Source: Candidatus Thorarchaeota archaeon
Lineage (GTDB): Archaea; Asgardarchaeota; Thorarchaeia; Thorarchaeales; Thorarchaeaceae
Direction of reading: 5' to 3'
Length of the DNA: 62,417 nucleotides
NCBI GenBank assembly: GCA_016840855.1
Contig: JAEORO010000132.1
Span: forward strand, 1-62,417
Part shown: positions 1-9,518 of the stretch, in pieces
Layout of the letters: each line of letters begins with the position of its first letter
How positions within the stretch are numbered: the stretch's first letter is position 1
Made by a program: the position numbers and the translations under genes
The notes under the pieces: generated by a model
Database searches by the model: none
What the model was told of the DNA's origin: nothing
The model's input: only the letters and a program-made list of their open reading frames with translations

Positions 1-493
1 GAGTCAGGCGATGCCTGTATGGAACCTTCGTCTTTCTTCTTCTTCTGCGCTTCACTCTGAAGCCAGGTCGTTCAATACATACCGTGATGTTCATACCCTG
101 AATTCCAAGTTGCGGGTCATACTTCACATCAGGTATGTCAATATGCTCTGCAATACCAAAGGCAAAGTTACCATCAAGATCCCAATTCTTAATCAACAAG
201 ACATTGTCTTTAGCTTTCAATGCCCTAGTTAGAAAATCTTCGGCCTTCTTGTGCCTTAGAGTGACTCTCACTGCAATTGGTTCTTTTCTTCGAATACCAA
301 AATCCCTGACAGTCTGACGGGCTTTTGATTGAGTAGGAGCCTGTCCTGTTAGCTGTTCGAGAATGGTTGCCGCTCTTGTAAGTGGCTCACCGCCACCGGT
401 GCATATGTCTATGACGACTTTGGCGATGTGCGGTTCTCTCATAGGATACGTTTTCCAGTCTTCTTGGAATACTTGTTCATTTTCAATACTCAC
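1..493 (-). CDS. rpl5: 50S ribosomal protein uL5, runs off the window start
   Basis: Not in ORF track. Manual translation from GTG at 493 (overlaps rps4e TAG): MSIENEQVFQEDWKTYPMREPHIAKVV...LEQLTGQAP...ARQTVRDFGIRRKEPIAVRVTLR; expected position after S4e. Confidence 0.95.
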   Translation of the reverse strand, partial: MSIENEQVFQEDWKTYPMREPHIAKVVIDICTGGGEPLTRAATILEQLTGQAPTQSKARQTVRDFGIRRKEPIAVRVTLRHKKAEDFLTRALKAKDNVLLIKNWDLDGNFAFGIAEHIDIPDVKYDPQLGIQGMNITVCIERPGFRVKRRRRRKTKVPYRHRLT

Positions 494-1245
494 TATGAGC
501 CACCTCCACTAGTTTCCAGAACCACTTCTGGTTTGCTCTTACCCACAACAAAGACATACTCGAGTGCAGTCTGGACCTTGTTGCCCTCAGAATCCTGTAG
601 AGTTACTGTGCTTGCGTGGGTTCCAAGCCGTCTCTCGATTTCAAGGATTTTTCCTTCAATTCCTATGTTCTTTCCACGTGAAACAACTGCATATGCTCCC
701 TTGTCGAGATTGATAGTCTTCATCAATTTCTGTTCAGGGATTCCAATCTTCAAAGTGTCCAAAGTATGATAGTCAGAAGGCTTCTCTCCATCTGGAAGTA
801 ACAGAGTTCTCCCATCATGAAGACTAAGCTGGACTTTGCCGCCTTTGACCATACTCTTGTTCTCAATCCGACAAAGTTTGAACTTGGATTCTGCATCATC
901 GATACTGACCAGTCGTAGGCCACCTTTCTCCTTTGGGAGTAATCTGAATCGTTCTCCTGAGGTGGTGATTTCCACTACATCCATTAGTCCTACTGGAAAT
1001 CGTGCATCCTTTCGAATGACGCCATCAACCTTTATTTGACCGCTGGAGAGTATTGCTTTCACTTCACGCATGTTCTCAGCATATTCAAGAACTTCTCTCA
1101 GGAGTATTGCCAGTGTGAGACTGTGTTCTTTTGGATGCGGTCCAGGAATTACTCTTGTTGTGAATTTAGTTACCTTCCTCTTGATAGGCCAATGACGAGG
1201 CGCTGGTAACCGCTTCAAGTGTTTCTTTTGACCTCTTCTTACCAT
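493..1245 (-). CDS. rps4e: 30S ribosomal protein eS4
   Basis: KKHLKRLPAPRHW, PGPH, VDGVIRKDARFPVGLMDVV, LHDGR motifs. Confidence 0.97.
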   Translation of the reverse strand: MVRRGQKKHLKRLPAPRHWPIKRKVTKFTTRVIPGPHPKEHSLTLAILLREVLEYAENMREVKAILSSGQIKVDGVIRKDARFPVGLMDVVEITTSGERFRLLPKEKGGLRLVSIDDAESKFKLCRIENKSMVKGGKVQLSLHDGRTLLLPDGEKPSDYHTLDTLKIGIPEQKLMKTINLDKGAYAVVSRGKNIGIEGKILEIERRLGTHASTVTLQDSEGNKVQTALEYVFVVGKSKPEVVLETSGGGS

Positions 1246-1637
1246 TACTCCTCACTCTCCGCTATTTTCATTACTTTGTTCTCTATGAGGGCTTTCCTCT
1301 CATCATTCAATTCTAATTTCACAAGCATAAGGTTTGAAGGATGTACCGGGACAGTAGCTTCCTTCCCATCCGCCTTGGTTATTGTAGCGCTATCGAGAAA
1401 GACCACTCTTCTCTTGTAGCTAACCCCTGTGACCTTCCCTTCTGTGTCACGAAACTGACCTCTCATAATTCTGACAAGGTCTCCTTTCTTGACAACAAGT
1501 GAACGCAGCCCATATTCTTCCTGAAGGAACTCGTCAAGACGGCACTTGAGCAAATTCTTTCGCTCATGCATTGCCGTTTCTTGTGCTCGTTTGCGCTGTT
1601 TTCTTGGCGATTTTGATACTGGTTTCTTTGCCATCAT
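1245..1637 (-). CDS. rpl24: 50S ribosomal protein uL24
   Basis: SKSPRKQRK, RSLVVKKGDLVRIMRG KOW motif, VHPSNL. Confidence 0.97.
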   Translation of the reverse strand: MMAKKPVSKSPRKQRKRAQETAMHERKNLLKCRLDEFLQEEYGLRSLVVKKGDLVRIMRGQFRDTEGKVTGVSYKRRVVFLDSATITKADGKEATVPVHPSNLMLVKLELNDERKALIENKVMKIAESEE

Positions 1638-1645
1638 TCATACCC

Positions 1646-2068
1646 TCACACAATCTTAGATGCAATTGCAGCAACTCGGGGCCACTTGAGAGTGACTTCT
1701 CTTGCCATAGGACCTCTTAGTTCAGATCCTTGTGGTTCGCCTCCTGGTTTCACGAGGACTGCTGCGTTATCCTCAAACTGCATCCAGGTACCATCAGGTC
1801 TTCTGTATGGTTTTTTCTGTCGTACAATAATTGCTTGAAGCACTTGTTTTCGAAGTTCCTGTTTTCCTTTGGTGACTGAAACATTTACTAGGTCTCCAAT
1901 TCCAGCCTTCCCAAGCTTCCTCAATTTGCCTTTGTAGCCAAAGACTGTAATGACTTGGAGTTCTTTTGCTCCAGAGTTATCAGCGCATGCAATTTTCGCA
2001 CCAATTGGGAGTCCTCGAGCAATTCGAGGTATGAATTTCCTAATTCCTCTACCAACCTTTCTTGACAC
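1646..2068 (-). CDS. rpl14: 50S ribosomal protein uL14
   Basis: CADNSGAK, RRPDG..FEDNAAV motifs. Confidence 0.98.
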   Translation of the reverse strand: MSRKVGRGIRKFIPRIARGLPIGAKIACADNSGAKELQVITVFGYKGKLRKLGKAGIGDLVNVSVTKGKQELRKQVLQAIIVRQKKPYRRPDGTWMQFEDNAAVLVKPGGEPQGSELRGPMAREVTLKWPRVAAIASKIV

Positions 2069-2071
2069 CGA

Positions 2072-2440
2072 TTACTCCTCCTTTACTCCCTGTTCAACTG
2101 AGGTGGCTGCAACGACAACGCTGGCAACATTCTTACTCAAAGGACGACACTCTACAACTTTTACTGTGTCACCCACCTTCACTTCAATACACGGAGGTAG
2201 GTGCGCCAGCTTCTTCGATTTACGACGCTCATATCGCGCATACTTCTTGATTAAACTGAGATAGTCGGTCTGAAAGACGATTGCCTTATGCATCCTAGTA
2301 CTCGTGACAGTCCCCTCCATGACTCGCCCTCTTACTGAAAGATTTCCATGAAATGGGCAGTTCTTATCATCACAAGTCTTCTCTGGGGGCTCCACATTTG
2401 GGATGCCAATGTTACGGACTTTATTCTTAGTTGCCGCCAT
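2072..2440 (-). CDS. rps17: 30S ribosomal protein uS17
   Basis: [30 protein letters not shown]. Confidence 0.97.
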   Translation of the reverse strand: MAATKNKVRNIGIPNVEPPEKTCDDKNCPFHGNLSVRGRVMEGTVTSTRMHKAIVFQTDYLSLIKKYARYERRKSKKLAHLPPCIEVKVGDTVKVVECRPLSKNVASVVVAATSVEQGVKEE

Positions 2441-2442
2441 GA

Positions 2443-2727
2443 TTACCAGCTCCTATTGAGGCGCTTCTTCATTCTGTCCTCAGGTCTTCCCCTGAGTAGC
2501 TCTCCATTAATTCGAACTACTGAACTATCAGGAAGAGTCATGTCAAAGACACAGATTCCTTTGGGAACAGATATTGTTCCACCACCTATGTCAATTCGGA
2601 TCATTTCTTTGGATTCGCCGAGAATGACGCCCCCTCGGCACACATGACCGGGGTCTTTTGACTCGACAATGTGCGTTGGCAAGCCAACAAGCTCATGTCC
2701 AAGGATGTTTTGAGGAGTAATTGTCAT
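2443..2727 (-). CDS. rnp1: Ribonuclease P protein component 1 (Rpp29)
   Basis: [14 protein letters not shown]...VPK...RPEDR; canonical position between L29 and S17. Confidence 0.93.
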   Translation of the reverse strand: MTITPQNILGHELVGLPTHIVESKDPGHVCRGGVILGESKEMIRIDIGGGTISVPKGICVFDMTLPDSSVVRINGELLRGRPEDRMKKRLNRSW

Positions 2728-2936
2728 TCTGATTGTTTCAACTCCTCTTCATGTTGAATTGTGAGAATTCTGGCGATTGCTTTCCTCACGTTACGAATCC
2801 TGTATGGATTTTCAGTGCCTCCACCAGTAGCAGACTCAATCCTGATGGTAGACATTTCATTATACAATTCCTCTAGCTTCTTTTGACGCTCGGTGGGAGT
2901 GAGCTTTCTAATCTCCTTTGCATTAAGACCTGGCAT
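2724..2936 (-). CDS. rpl29: 50S ribosomal protein uL29
   Basis: ENPYRIRNVRKAIARILT. Confidence 0.95.
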   Translation of the reverse strand: MPGLNAKEIRKLTPTERQKKLEELYNEMSTIRIESATGGGTENPYRIRNVRKAIARILTIQHEEELKQSE

Positions 2937-3850
2937 TACTCCACACCTCCCTCATCTAATTCGTCAAGTTCCTCAAGGTCTTCCAGTATCTTCTCTTCAG
3001 TGATTTCTTCAGAATCATCTTCAGACGGAGGTTTTTCTTCCTCGGAGATATCCTCCTGCACTGGTTCGAGTTTTGGCTTCTCCTCTGTTTCTATGGACTC
3101 TTCTACAAGCTCGAGACCATCAAGCTCTTCCAACTCACGTAATTCATCAATGTCCGTGATTCCTTCGAATGCCTCTTCAACAACCTCAGCGTCTTCGGCA
3201 GCCACCTCTTCATCAGGCTTCTTAACGAGTTCAATCTCTTCCTTCTTTCGTGGTTTTGGTGGCTTTATATGGACAACTCCAGGAACTCTCGACTCAGGTC
3301 TCATGATACGGACTTGTATGCCTATGACACCTGGCTTTAGAACAGCCCTGTCATTTGCATGATCAACAAAAACATTTGCAGGCTGTCCTGTCTTCGCGAT
3401 GTTACCTTGCTTGAATTTCTGATAACGGGCTCTTCGGCTTGAAAGCTTACCTTTAACGATTATCTCACAACCAATTGCTCCCGCTCTCATAACACGTCTT
3501 AGAATCCAATATGCCATCCTCCGGAAGCGGACACCTCTCTCAAGTTGTCTAGCTAATCGTGACGCCATAACTGATGCGTCCAACCAAGGATTCTCTATCT
3601 CGCTGACTTCAAGCTGGACATTCTCGATTCCAAACTCATTCTCAAGAATGTAGGTTAAGTCTCTTATCTTTGCGCCACGACGACCAATCACAACACCTGG
3701 TCTTGAGGCATGAATCACAACCTCGGACTTCATGGGCATCTTTCTTATCTCTACACCCCCATATCCAGCAGCATTAAGTTCAGTGGAAAGGAATTCATCA
3801 ATAGCTAGTCTACGGGAGTTCTGCTCTATGAAATATTTGACAGCCGACAT
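2936..3850 (-). CDS. rps3: 30S ribosomal protein uS3 with long acidic C-terminal tail
   Basis: KH domain RPGVVIGRRG, GCEIIVKGKL, KPGVIGIQVRIM. Confidence 0.97.
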   Translation of the reverse strand: MSAVKYFIEQNSRRLAIDEFLSTELNAAGYGGVEIRKMPMKSEVVIHASRPGVVIGRRGAKIRDLTYILENEFGIENVQLEVSEIENPWLDASVMASRLARQLERGVRFRRMAYWILRRVMRAGAIGCEIIVKGKLSSRRARYQKFKQGNIAKTGQPANVFVDHANDRAVLKPGVIGIQVRIMRPESRVPGVVHIKPPKPRKKEEIELVKKPDEEVAAEDAEVVEEAFEGITDIDELRELEELDGLELVEESIETEEKPKLEPVQEDISEEEKPPSEDDSEEITEEKILEDLEELDELDEGGVE

Positions 3851-4315
3851 TTAACCCACCTCTTCTAATACAATCTCCACATGGGATGTCTTCTCGAAGT
3901 ACGATGAACTTCGACCAAATGCTCGCTCGATGAACTTCTTGTAAATACGACCTTGTTGTGTTACAGCGTGAGTAATCCTTAGCCGGTCTATGTCAAGACC
4001 TTTGTTATCCGCATTTGCTTCTGCATTTTTCAAAACTTTCAGAATATGTTCTGAGGCTTTCACAGGATGACCACCTGCTGCCCATCTCTTCATTCCAGGA
4101 TGATGTCCACGCTTCTTTTTATGTCGTCTATATGGAATCCAGGCTTTCTCCTCGATTACTTTTTCAAGTAGATCGATTGCCTTATCCAGCATCATTCCAT
4201 GAATGTGGTTGCAGACCTCTCTGCACTGTTTTGGCGAAACCCGCATGTTCCTTCCACTTGCTATGGCTGTCCTATCCGGGTCAATGCCTATGATTGAATA
4301 TCCATACGATGGCAC
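3851..4315 (-). CDS. rpl22: 50S ribosomal protein uL22
   Basis: VSPKQCREVC, LKNAEANADNKGLD, RAFGR. Confidence 0.97.
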   Translation of the reverse strand: MPSYGYSIIGIDPDRTAIASGRNMRVSPKQCREVCNHIHGMMLDKAIDLLEKVIEEKAWIPYRRHKKKRGHHPGMKRWAAGGHPVKASEHILKVLKNAEANADNKGLDIDRLRITHAVTQQGRIYKKFIERAFGRSSSYFEKTSHVEIVLEEVG

Positions 4316-4518
4316 TATGCCTCACTTCCGCTATACGGACTTTATCTAGCCTACACTGTAAGCTGCAAAGTCATCATTGTGCTCCGCAAGCCACTCCAGA
4401 CCCGACCGGCACACGTCTGCAGACTGTTCTCGCGAGCAGAACTAGTTGTCTGCACTGCTTCCATTGGTTCTGAAACAGCTGACTCTATGAGCAGCAATCC
4501 GGTTTCGGAATAGTTTTA

Positions 4519-4526
4519 CATTTAAA
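4519..4526 (-). promoter_or_regulatory. Putative TATA box of the ribosomal operon
   Basis: TTTAAATG on minus strand about 205 nt upstream of the rpl22 start. Confidence 0.4.
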
Positions 4527-4559
4527 CATTGTCACTTGTCCGAAATCATTTCTTCATCA

Positions 4560-4985
4560 CTAGGGATTATCTCCGAACTCTGCAGTTACACGTTTCAAAA
4601 CCGGTGTTTTGATTGACCTTTTGATTAAATCGACTCCGTCATCAGTTAGAGTGCCTTTCACAAAATGAATCCCCGCAGAGCGGATATAGACAAGTCCTTT
4701 CTTCTTTAGCTTTTGAAGACTACCGAGAACGATTTGTGTGAGCTCGTCTTCCGTGACATCAAGCCCACCGCCTGGAACTTGAAGGGTTTCTGACATTTTT
4801 AGAACAGTACGCATTGAGCTTAGTTGGCGACGATTGTTATCATATGGATTTGAATACATCCAAAGTAGAACAATGAGGTCAACTACATCGAGACCTATGT
4901 CTGGATTGAGCTCAAGCGTTTTCTTGGCCACAAGTTCTACAATTGGCATGATTTTCAATTTCCTATTGGCCTGAGCCCTATCCAA
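4560..4985 (-). CDS. Hypothetical protein, probable winged-helix domain
   Basis: C-terminal LQKLKKKGLVY...GTLTDDG resembles a wHTH recognition helix and wing. Confidence 0.65.
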   Translation of the reverse strand: MDRAQANRKLKIMPIVELVAKKTLELNPDIGLDVVDLIVLLWMYSNPYDNNRRQLSSMRTVLKMSETLQVPGGGLDVTEDELTQIVLGSLQKLKKKGLVYIRSAGIHFVKGTLTDDGVDLIKRSIKTPVLKRVTAEFGDNP

Positions 4986-4998
4986 CTAATCGAAACTC

Positions 4999-5712
4999 TC
5001 ATACCAGACTTACAAAGCCACTCTTTGGCTCAAAGATCTCTCCTTTTTGCATAAGTTTCTCGAGGGAGGTTTCTACTGAGTTTTCAGAGATGCCTTGCTT
5101 ACCTAATCTCTTGATGATGTCAACGATCCGCATTATCTTCTCAGGACCTTGAAGAATGACTAGAATCTCTTCTGAAACATCTCTATCAGCAATTACCTTA
5201 GGTTTTTTACGATCATCTTTCAAAACGAGTTGTATCGACCAAGGTCTGGGGAAGATAAGAGTCCCATCATTTGCTAGTCGTTCTAGTTGCCTTTCTACCC
5301 ATTTCCAATCTAATTCATAATTTGAACACAATTCTTCTATTCTGTCTAGGGAGCAGGGAGCTGACTTTGCCTCTCTCTGAAGCAGTTGCATTAACCGCTT
5401 TCTCTTGCCTAGCGGCTGTGATGCTTCTCCTTTACCTGAAATGTCCTTAATGTTAACATGCTCTTTTGGAAGCAAGGCGAGCACTCGTTCTCGCGACTTC
5501 TCAACTGCCTTGTCAAATTCATCTCCCCCTCTTGATGCATTGAATTCTTTTACTGCTACCGATGCCGATTCCGGGGTGTCAAAGAGAGCAGAAGCTGCCT
5601 TAGCTATATCAATTATAGTTCCACAATAACTACATCTCCTGTGTTTTTGACCAACTGGCGCATTTGTGAAATTGTGGCACTTTGAGCACATGAATACCAG
5701 GAATTGCTTCAA
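4999..5712 (-). CDS. DUF1922-like zinc-ribbon protein with C-terminal winged-helix repeats
   Basis: CSKC...CSYCG ribbon; LERLANDGTLIFPRP and LEKLMQKGEIFEPKSG wHTH-like ends. Confidence 0.7.
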   Translation of the reverse strand: MKQFLVFMCSKCHNFTNAPVGQKHRRCSYCGTIIDIAKAASALFDTPESASVAVKEFNASRGGDEFDKAVEKSRERVLALLPKEHVNIKDISGKGEASQPLGKRKRLMQLLQREAKSAPCSLDRIEELCSNYELDWKWVERQLERLANDGTLIFPRPWSIQLVLKDDRKKPKVIADRDVSEEILVILQGPEKIMRIVDIIKRLGKQGISENSVETSLEKLMQKGEIFEPKSGFVSLV

Positions 5713-5830
5713 TCATCGTACACCTACTACTAAAGAGTCATGCAGGACTGTATATAATGCTCGCTCTCTTAGTTCTGATGAATATCGTTATATGACCATT
5801 AGATTGCGGGAGGAATTGGAGACGCACACG

Positions 5831-6055
5831 ATGGCCAAGAAAGCGAAAGCAATTGTTATCGACCCAAAGCTCTGTAAAGGCTGTCATATTTGTATCTCTG
5901 TCTGTCCACATGGAGTTTTGATGAAGACTGAAGTCGTTGACAATCGCGGATTCTTCCTTCCTCAAGTTGTGGACATTGAAGCATGCAAGGTATGCAAACT
6001 GTGTGAAATGGAGTGTCCTGATGCTGCCATTGCTGTGGTAGAAATCGATGAGTAA
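5831..6055 (+). CDS. 2x[4Fe-4S] ferredoxin (2-oxoacid oxidoreductase delta-like)
   Basis: Two CxxCxxCxxxCP motifs; ATG 5831 after GGAGG. Confidence 0.9.
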   Translation: MAKKAKAIVIDPKLCKGCHICISVCPHGVLMKTEVVDNRGFFLPQVVDIEACKVCKLCEMECPDAAIAVVEIDE

Positions 6056-6188
6056 TACATGCTTTCCATGCCACTTGTTTACTCACTAATCACGAGAGAA
6101 TCTTACTTCTACAAGTTCTAATAATACAATCAAACATATAGTATTGGCCACTTCTTCAGAGTGTCCGCGTTATATGTTGGTGGTTGTA

Positions 6189-6758
6189 GTGTCAGACCCT
6201 GAAATCCGTGTGTTGCTGGAATTAAGAACCCATCTTGGTGAAGAGTTAGACCGATTACGAGAACGAGTGGAACAACTTGAGGAGTTCATTCAAGCATTGG
6301 ATTCTACAATCGGAAAAGGTAGCTTCAAGACTGCGGATGTTGCGATGGAGGCGGCTGTACGAGCTCCCGAGATGTCACCTACGGAAACATTAGCTGCCTC
6401 TGGTGAACCCCGGAACATCGTCGTCTTAAACAAGCCCGGTGATTTGGAACTTGCAACCATTGAGGTCATCGAACAAAGTTTGAGAATCATTCCAGCTGAT
6501 CATGCAGTATACAACATCACTCGTGGAGCTTTTGCTAGATTCTTTGTTCAGGACATCCTAGGCAAGTTCCAACAGGAAGACCGTCATCGTGTGGAGAATG
6601 GTGAAATCGAGTGGGAAGATGCATTTGATTTCGAGGTTAAATCCGAAGATAAGATTCTTGATGAAATAGTCGTAAAGAATTTTGGAGAAGAATCTAGACT
6701 AGAGGAAATTCAACGAACGCTTCGATGGACATTAGAAAAAATCTACCGTGCGCGATAG
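6189..6758 (+). CDS. Hypothetical protein with N-terminal coiled coil
   Basis: Long ORF with heptad-like N-terminus; GTG start estimated. Confidence 0.7.
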   Translation: MSDPEIRVLLELRTHLGEELDRLRERVEQLEEFIQALDSTIGKGSFKTADVAMEAAVRAPEMSPTETLAASGEPRNIVVLNKPGDLELATIEVIEQSLRIIPADHAVYNITRGAFARFFVQDILGKFQQEDRHRVENGEIEWEDAFDFEVKSEDKILDEIVVKNFGEESRLEEIQRTLRWTLEKIYRAR

Positions 6759-6882
6759 AATATAACCATCAAGGCGCCAAACCACTCACCTTCTTTTCTA
6801 TTGCAAAAGAGTCAAATACTCCAAACGAACCAAACCACTTTAAGCGACGCTATGTTCACCGATAAATTTTGGAGCGGAGGTT

Positions 6883-7509
6883 ATGGCTACACACTTTGAC
6901 GATGAACACTTGGCTGCAAGTCCACAAATAATCGTTAAAGTTGTACGAGATGCTCATGAATTTTTCAAAGAAAATAGAATCGATGAACGTTACGAAACCA
7001 TGGCTCTTGATCTTATACGACGGTTTGTTTCAAAGGAAGGTGTTCCTCGAGAAGTAGATCCTTTCTTCGGAGCCGCATTGTACATGGTCACTCGTCATCC
7101 ATGGAGTCATCCCAATCCATTAACTAAAACAGAATTTGCTAACAAACTAAGGATGAAAGAGTCCAGTCTTGAGTGGTATACTGAAAGTATTGTTGAAAAG
7201 CTGGGATTTTCAACATTACACGATAATGCACATCTTCCCTTCTTTATGGACCCACAAGGTATCATATCGAGTGTTGTAGACTCGGTAGTTGGTGCTAGTG
7301 TAGGTGAAGTAGTTGTCCGCGGGATTGTTTCTGGAAGTCCACCTTCATACACGAAACTTGCTGATAGCATTGTAGACCGACTCTGTAATGTTGTCAAGAT
7401 TGTTCCCATCGTTTTCGAACAAGACATCCATAATCTTGTACGGCGTAAGATTGAGGAAGAGAGCAAGAAACTTAGTGATCAGCTATCGGGTCGCCATCTA
7501 GACATCTAG
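6883..7509 (+). CDS. TFIIB/cyclin-fold-like protein without zinc ribbon
   Basis: DPFFGAALYMV...LTKTEFANKLRMKESSL...IVEKLG aligns by eye to the TFB C-terminal repeat; GGAGG before ATG. Confidence 0.6.
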   Translation: MATHFDDEHLAASPQIIVKVVRDAHEFFKENRIDERYETMALDLIRRFVSKEGVPREVDPFFGAALYMVTRHPWSHPNPLTKTEFANKLRMKESSLEWYTESIVEKLGFSTLHDNAHLPFFMDPQGIISSVVDSVVGASVGEVVVRGIVSGSPPSYTKLADSIVDRLCNVVKIVPIVFEQDIHNLVRRKIEEESKKLSDQLSGRHLDI

Positions 7510-7817
7510 GAATTCTCTGGCTGCAGAGGTACTTCCTCGACAAACCGTTTCCCTGCGACTACTTGGTCTATTGAGTGGATTACTGCTCCCGCTTGTTCTA
7601 GAATCTCCTTAATGGAATCATAAACAAGGTCGTCCCCCTCAAGTGTTATAGTAATGCTCTCAGTATTTTGATCTACTTCTTTCAGTGTAATGTTCAGCCC
7701 TGTGACCCGGTCATTTCGAGCAAGCATCAAAGCAAGGTCAGTAAGTCTCGGGCTGTGAGGTTTTAGCACATCCAGAACTATTCTCCGAATGCCGTGAGGC
7801 AATAATTTATTCTCCAT
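7506..7817 (-). CDS. DUF211 family protein
   Basis: IRRIVLDVLKPH...GAVIHSIDQVVAG signature. Confidence 0.9.
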   Translation of the reverse strand: MENKLLPHGIRRIVLDVLKPHSPRLTDLALMLARNDRVTGLNITLKEVDQNTESITITLEGDDLVYDSIKEILEQAGAVIHSIDQVVAGKRFVEEVPLQPENS

Positions 7818-8103
7818 TTAAGACCCTTAGGCCATATTCTTCTTTGGTGCCATCAGAGCAAGCCTTGTTAAACCTTACTACGCAGGAAGCGCGCCATCTT
7901 TGAAATGAAATCCTTCTGTATTTGGCTTCGTAGATTCAATGGCACTGACTTTTTTTAGCAGCTCCCCAAGGCTTATATCACATCGACCAATTTTCTACAA
8001 GGAGCCTATTTCATTGTAGGCTACGCCGGGAAACTAAGGTTGGGACGCCGCCTTGAAGCAAATGAGACTGACAAGACCTAGCAAGGATAATCCATCTGAT
8101 TCT

Positions 8104-8370
8104 ATGACTAAACCAAGAATACCAAAGGAAACGAAAACAGAATCAGGCCGCATCATCGATATCAACGTTGCAGATTTCAAAGGCCACCCCCTGTATAAAC
8201 TTCTCATTGAAACTGCAAAAAGCAATCCACTTTTTGCAGGAAATGCAGGATATGCTCAGAACTATATTCTACCAAAGAACCCAAACATCACAGCCAGAGA
8301 ATTGGCAAGCAAGCTTTCTATCACAGTGGGAGAAGCTCTTGCTATTTTAGACGGCCTTGAAGATGAGTAA
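8104..8370 (+). CDS. Small hypothetical protein with C-terminal HTH-like motif
   Basis: NPNITARELASKLSIT; start estimated. Confidence 0.6.
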   Translation: MTKPRIPKETKTESGRIIDINVADFKGHPLYKLLIETAKSNPLFAGNAGYAQNYILPKNPNITARELASKLSITVGEALAILDGLEDE

Positions 8371-8438
8371 TTTCCTTAACGCACACACATCTGCACTTTT
8401 AAGCTGAACAAGTCTGAGTAAGGTTGGATTGAACTCCA

Positions 8439-9518
8439 ATGAGCGAGCGTAAAGGATTCCGTGATGCCAGATATGCTCAAGCAATAGTAAAGGAGATTGA
8501 AACTCTAAGCCCGCAGCGTGACATCAGGATTGTTCATGTTTGTGGAACCCATGAGGATACAATAAGCCAACATGGCATCCGTTCTCTTCTCCCGCAATCC
8601 GTGAGGCTCGTAGCTGGGCCTGGTTGTCCTGTCTGCGTTTGCGCTGCTGAAGATATTGATATGGCTATCGAACTTGCTCGAAAAGGTCACATAATTACCA
8701 CCTTTGGTGATATGATTCGGGTCCCTTCAACTAGCTCTTCATTAGCAAAGGAACGTGCATCTGGAGCTGACGTTCGAGTCGTCTATGGTGTTAGCGAGGC
8801 AGTATCAATTGCTCTTGAGAATCCTGACAAGGAGGTTGTCTTCGTAGCTGTTGGTTTTGAAACCACTGCTCCAACTATCGCTCTTGAGCTACTAAGAGAT
8901 CCGCCAGCAAACTTCTCTATATTGACATCACTCAAAGTGATACCTCCTGCAATGGAAATCCTTGTTAGTATAGAGGGACTTGAGGTTGATGGCTTCATAA
9001 CTCCCGGACATGTTTCTACCATAATAGGTTCAAATGCATTCCAACCATTCGCTGAGAAATCTGGAGTTCCATGTGTCGTAGCTGGTTTTGAACCTCTAGA
9101 TGTTCTAGAATCGATACGTATGATTCTAAGGCAAATCCACGAAGGTCGTACAGACTCTGAAAATGAATACACGCGCGTCGTGAAACCAGAAGGGAATCTC
9201 TCTGCGCAAAAGGTACTGGCTGAGGCTTTCCAGTTACGTGATGCTCCTTGGAGGGGACTAGGGATAATAAAGAAGTCTGGCTATTATATCAAGGAGAAAT
9301 ATTCTGATCATGATGCTCGACTTCGTTTTGAGTTTCCCAAGTTTGAATCTCTGGATATCTTGCCTGGTTGTCGCTGCCATGAAGTAATTCTTGGAATGAT
9401 AGACCCTGTTGACTGTCCCCTATTTGGAAATCGGTGCACTCCTGAGAATCCATATGGGCCTTGTATGGTGGGACATGAAGGAACTTGCCGAATCAGGCAT
9501 GAATACACAATAGACTAG
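8439..9518 (+). CDS. hypD: Hydrogenase maturation protein HypD
   Basis: VCGTHE, GPGCPVCV, GFETT, PGHVS, GPCMVGHEGTC. Confidence 0.98.
   Translation: MSERKGFRDARYAQAIVKEIETLSPQRDIRIVHVCGTHEDTISQHGIRSLLPQSVRLVAGPGCPVCVCAAEDIDMAIELARKGHIITTFGDMIRVPSTSSSLAKERASGADVRVVYGVSEAVSIALENPDKEVVFVAVGFETTAPTIALELLRDPPANFSILTSLKVIPPAMEILVSIEGLEVDGFITPGHVSTIIGSNAFQPFAEKSGVPCVVAGFEPLDVLESIRMILRQIHEGRTDSENEYTRVVKPEGNLSAQKVLAEAFQLRDAPWRGLGIIKKSGYYIKEKYSDHDARLRFEFPKFESLDILPGCRCHEVILGMIDPVDCPLFGNRCTPENPYGPCMVGHEGTCRIRHEYTID

Noticed and set aside
7990-8100. Hairpins (AGCCTA/TAGGCT; AAGG/CCTT) and GGGAAAC...GGGACGC resembling a riboswitch
   Set aside because: Stems are short and a known aptamer consensus could not be completed
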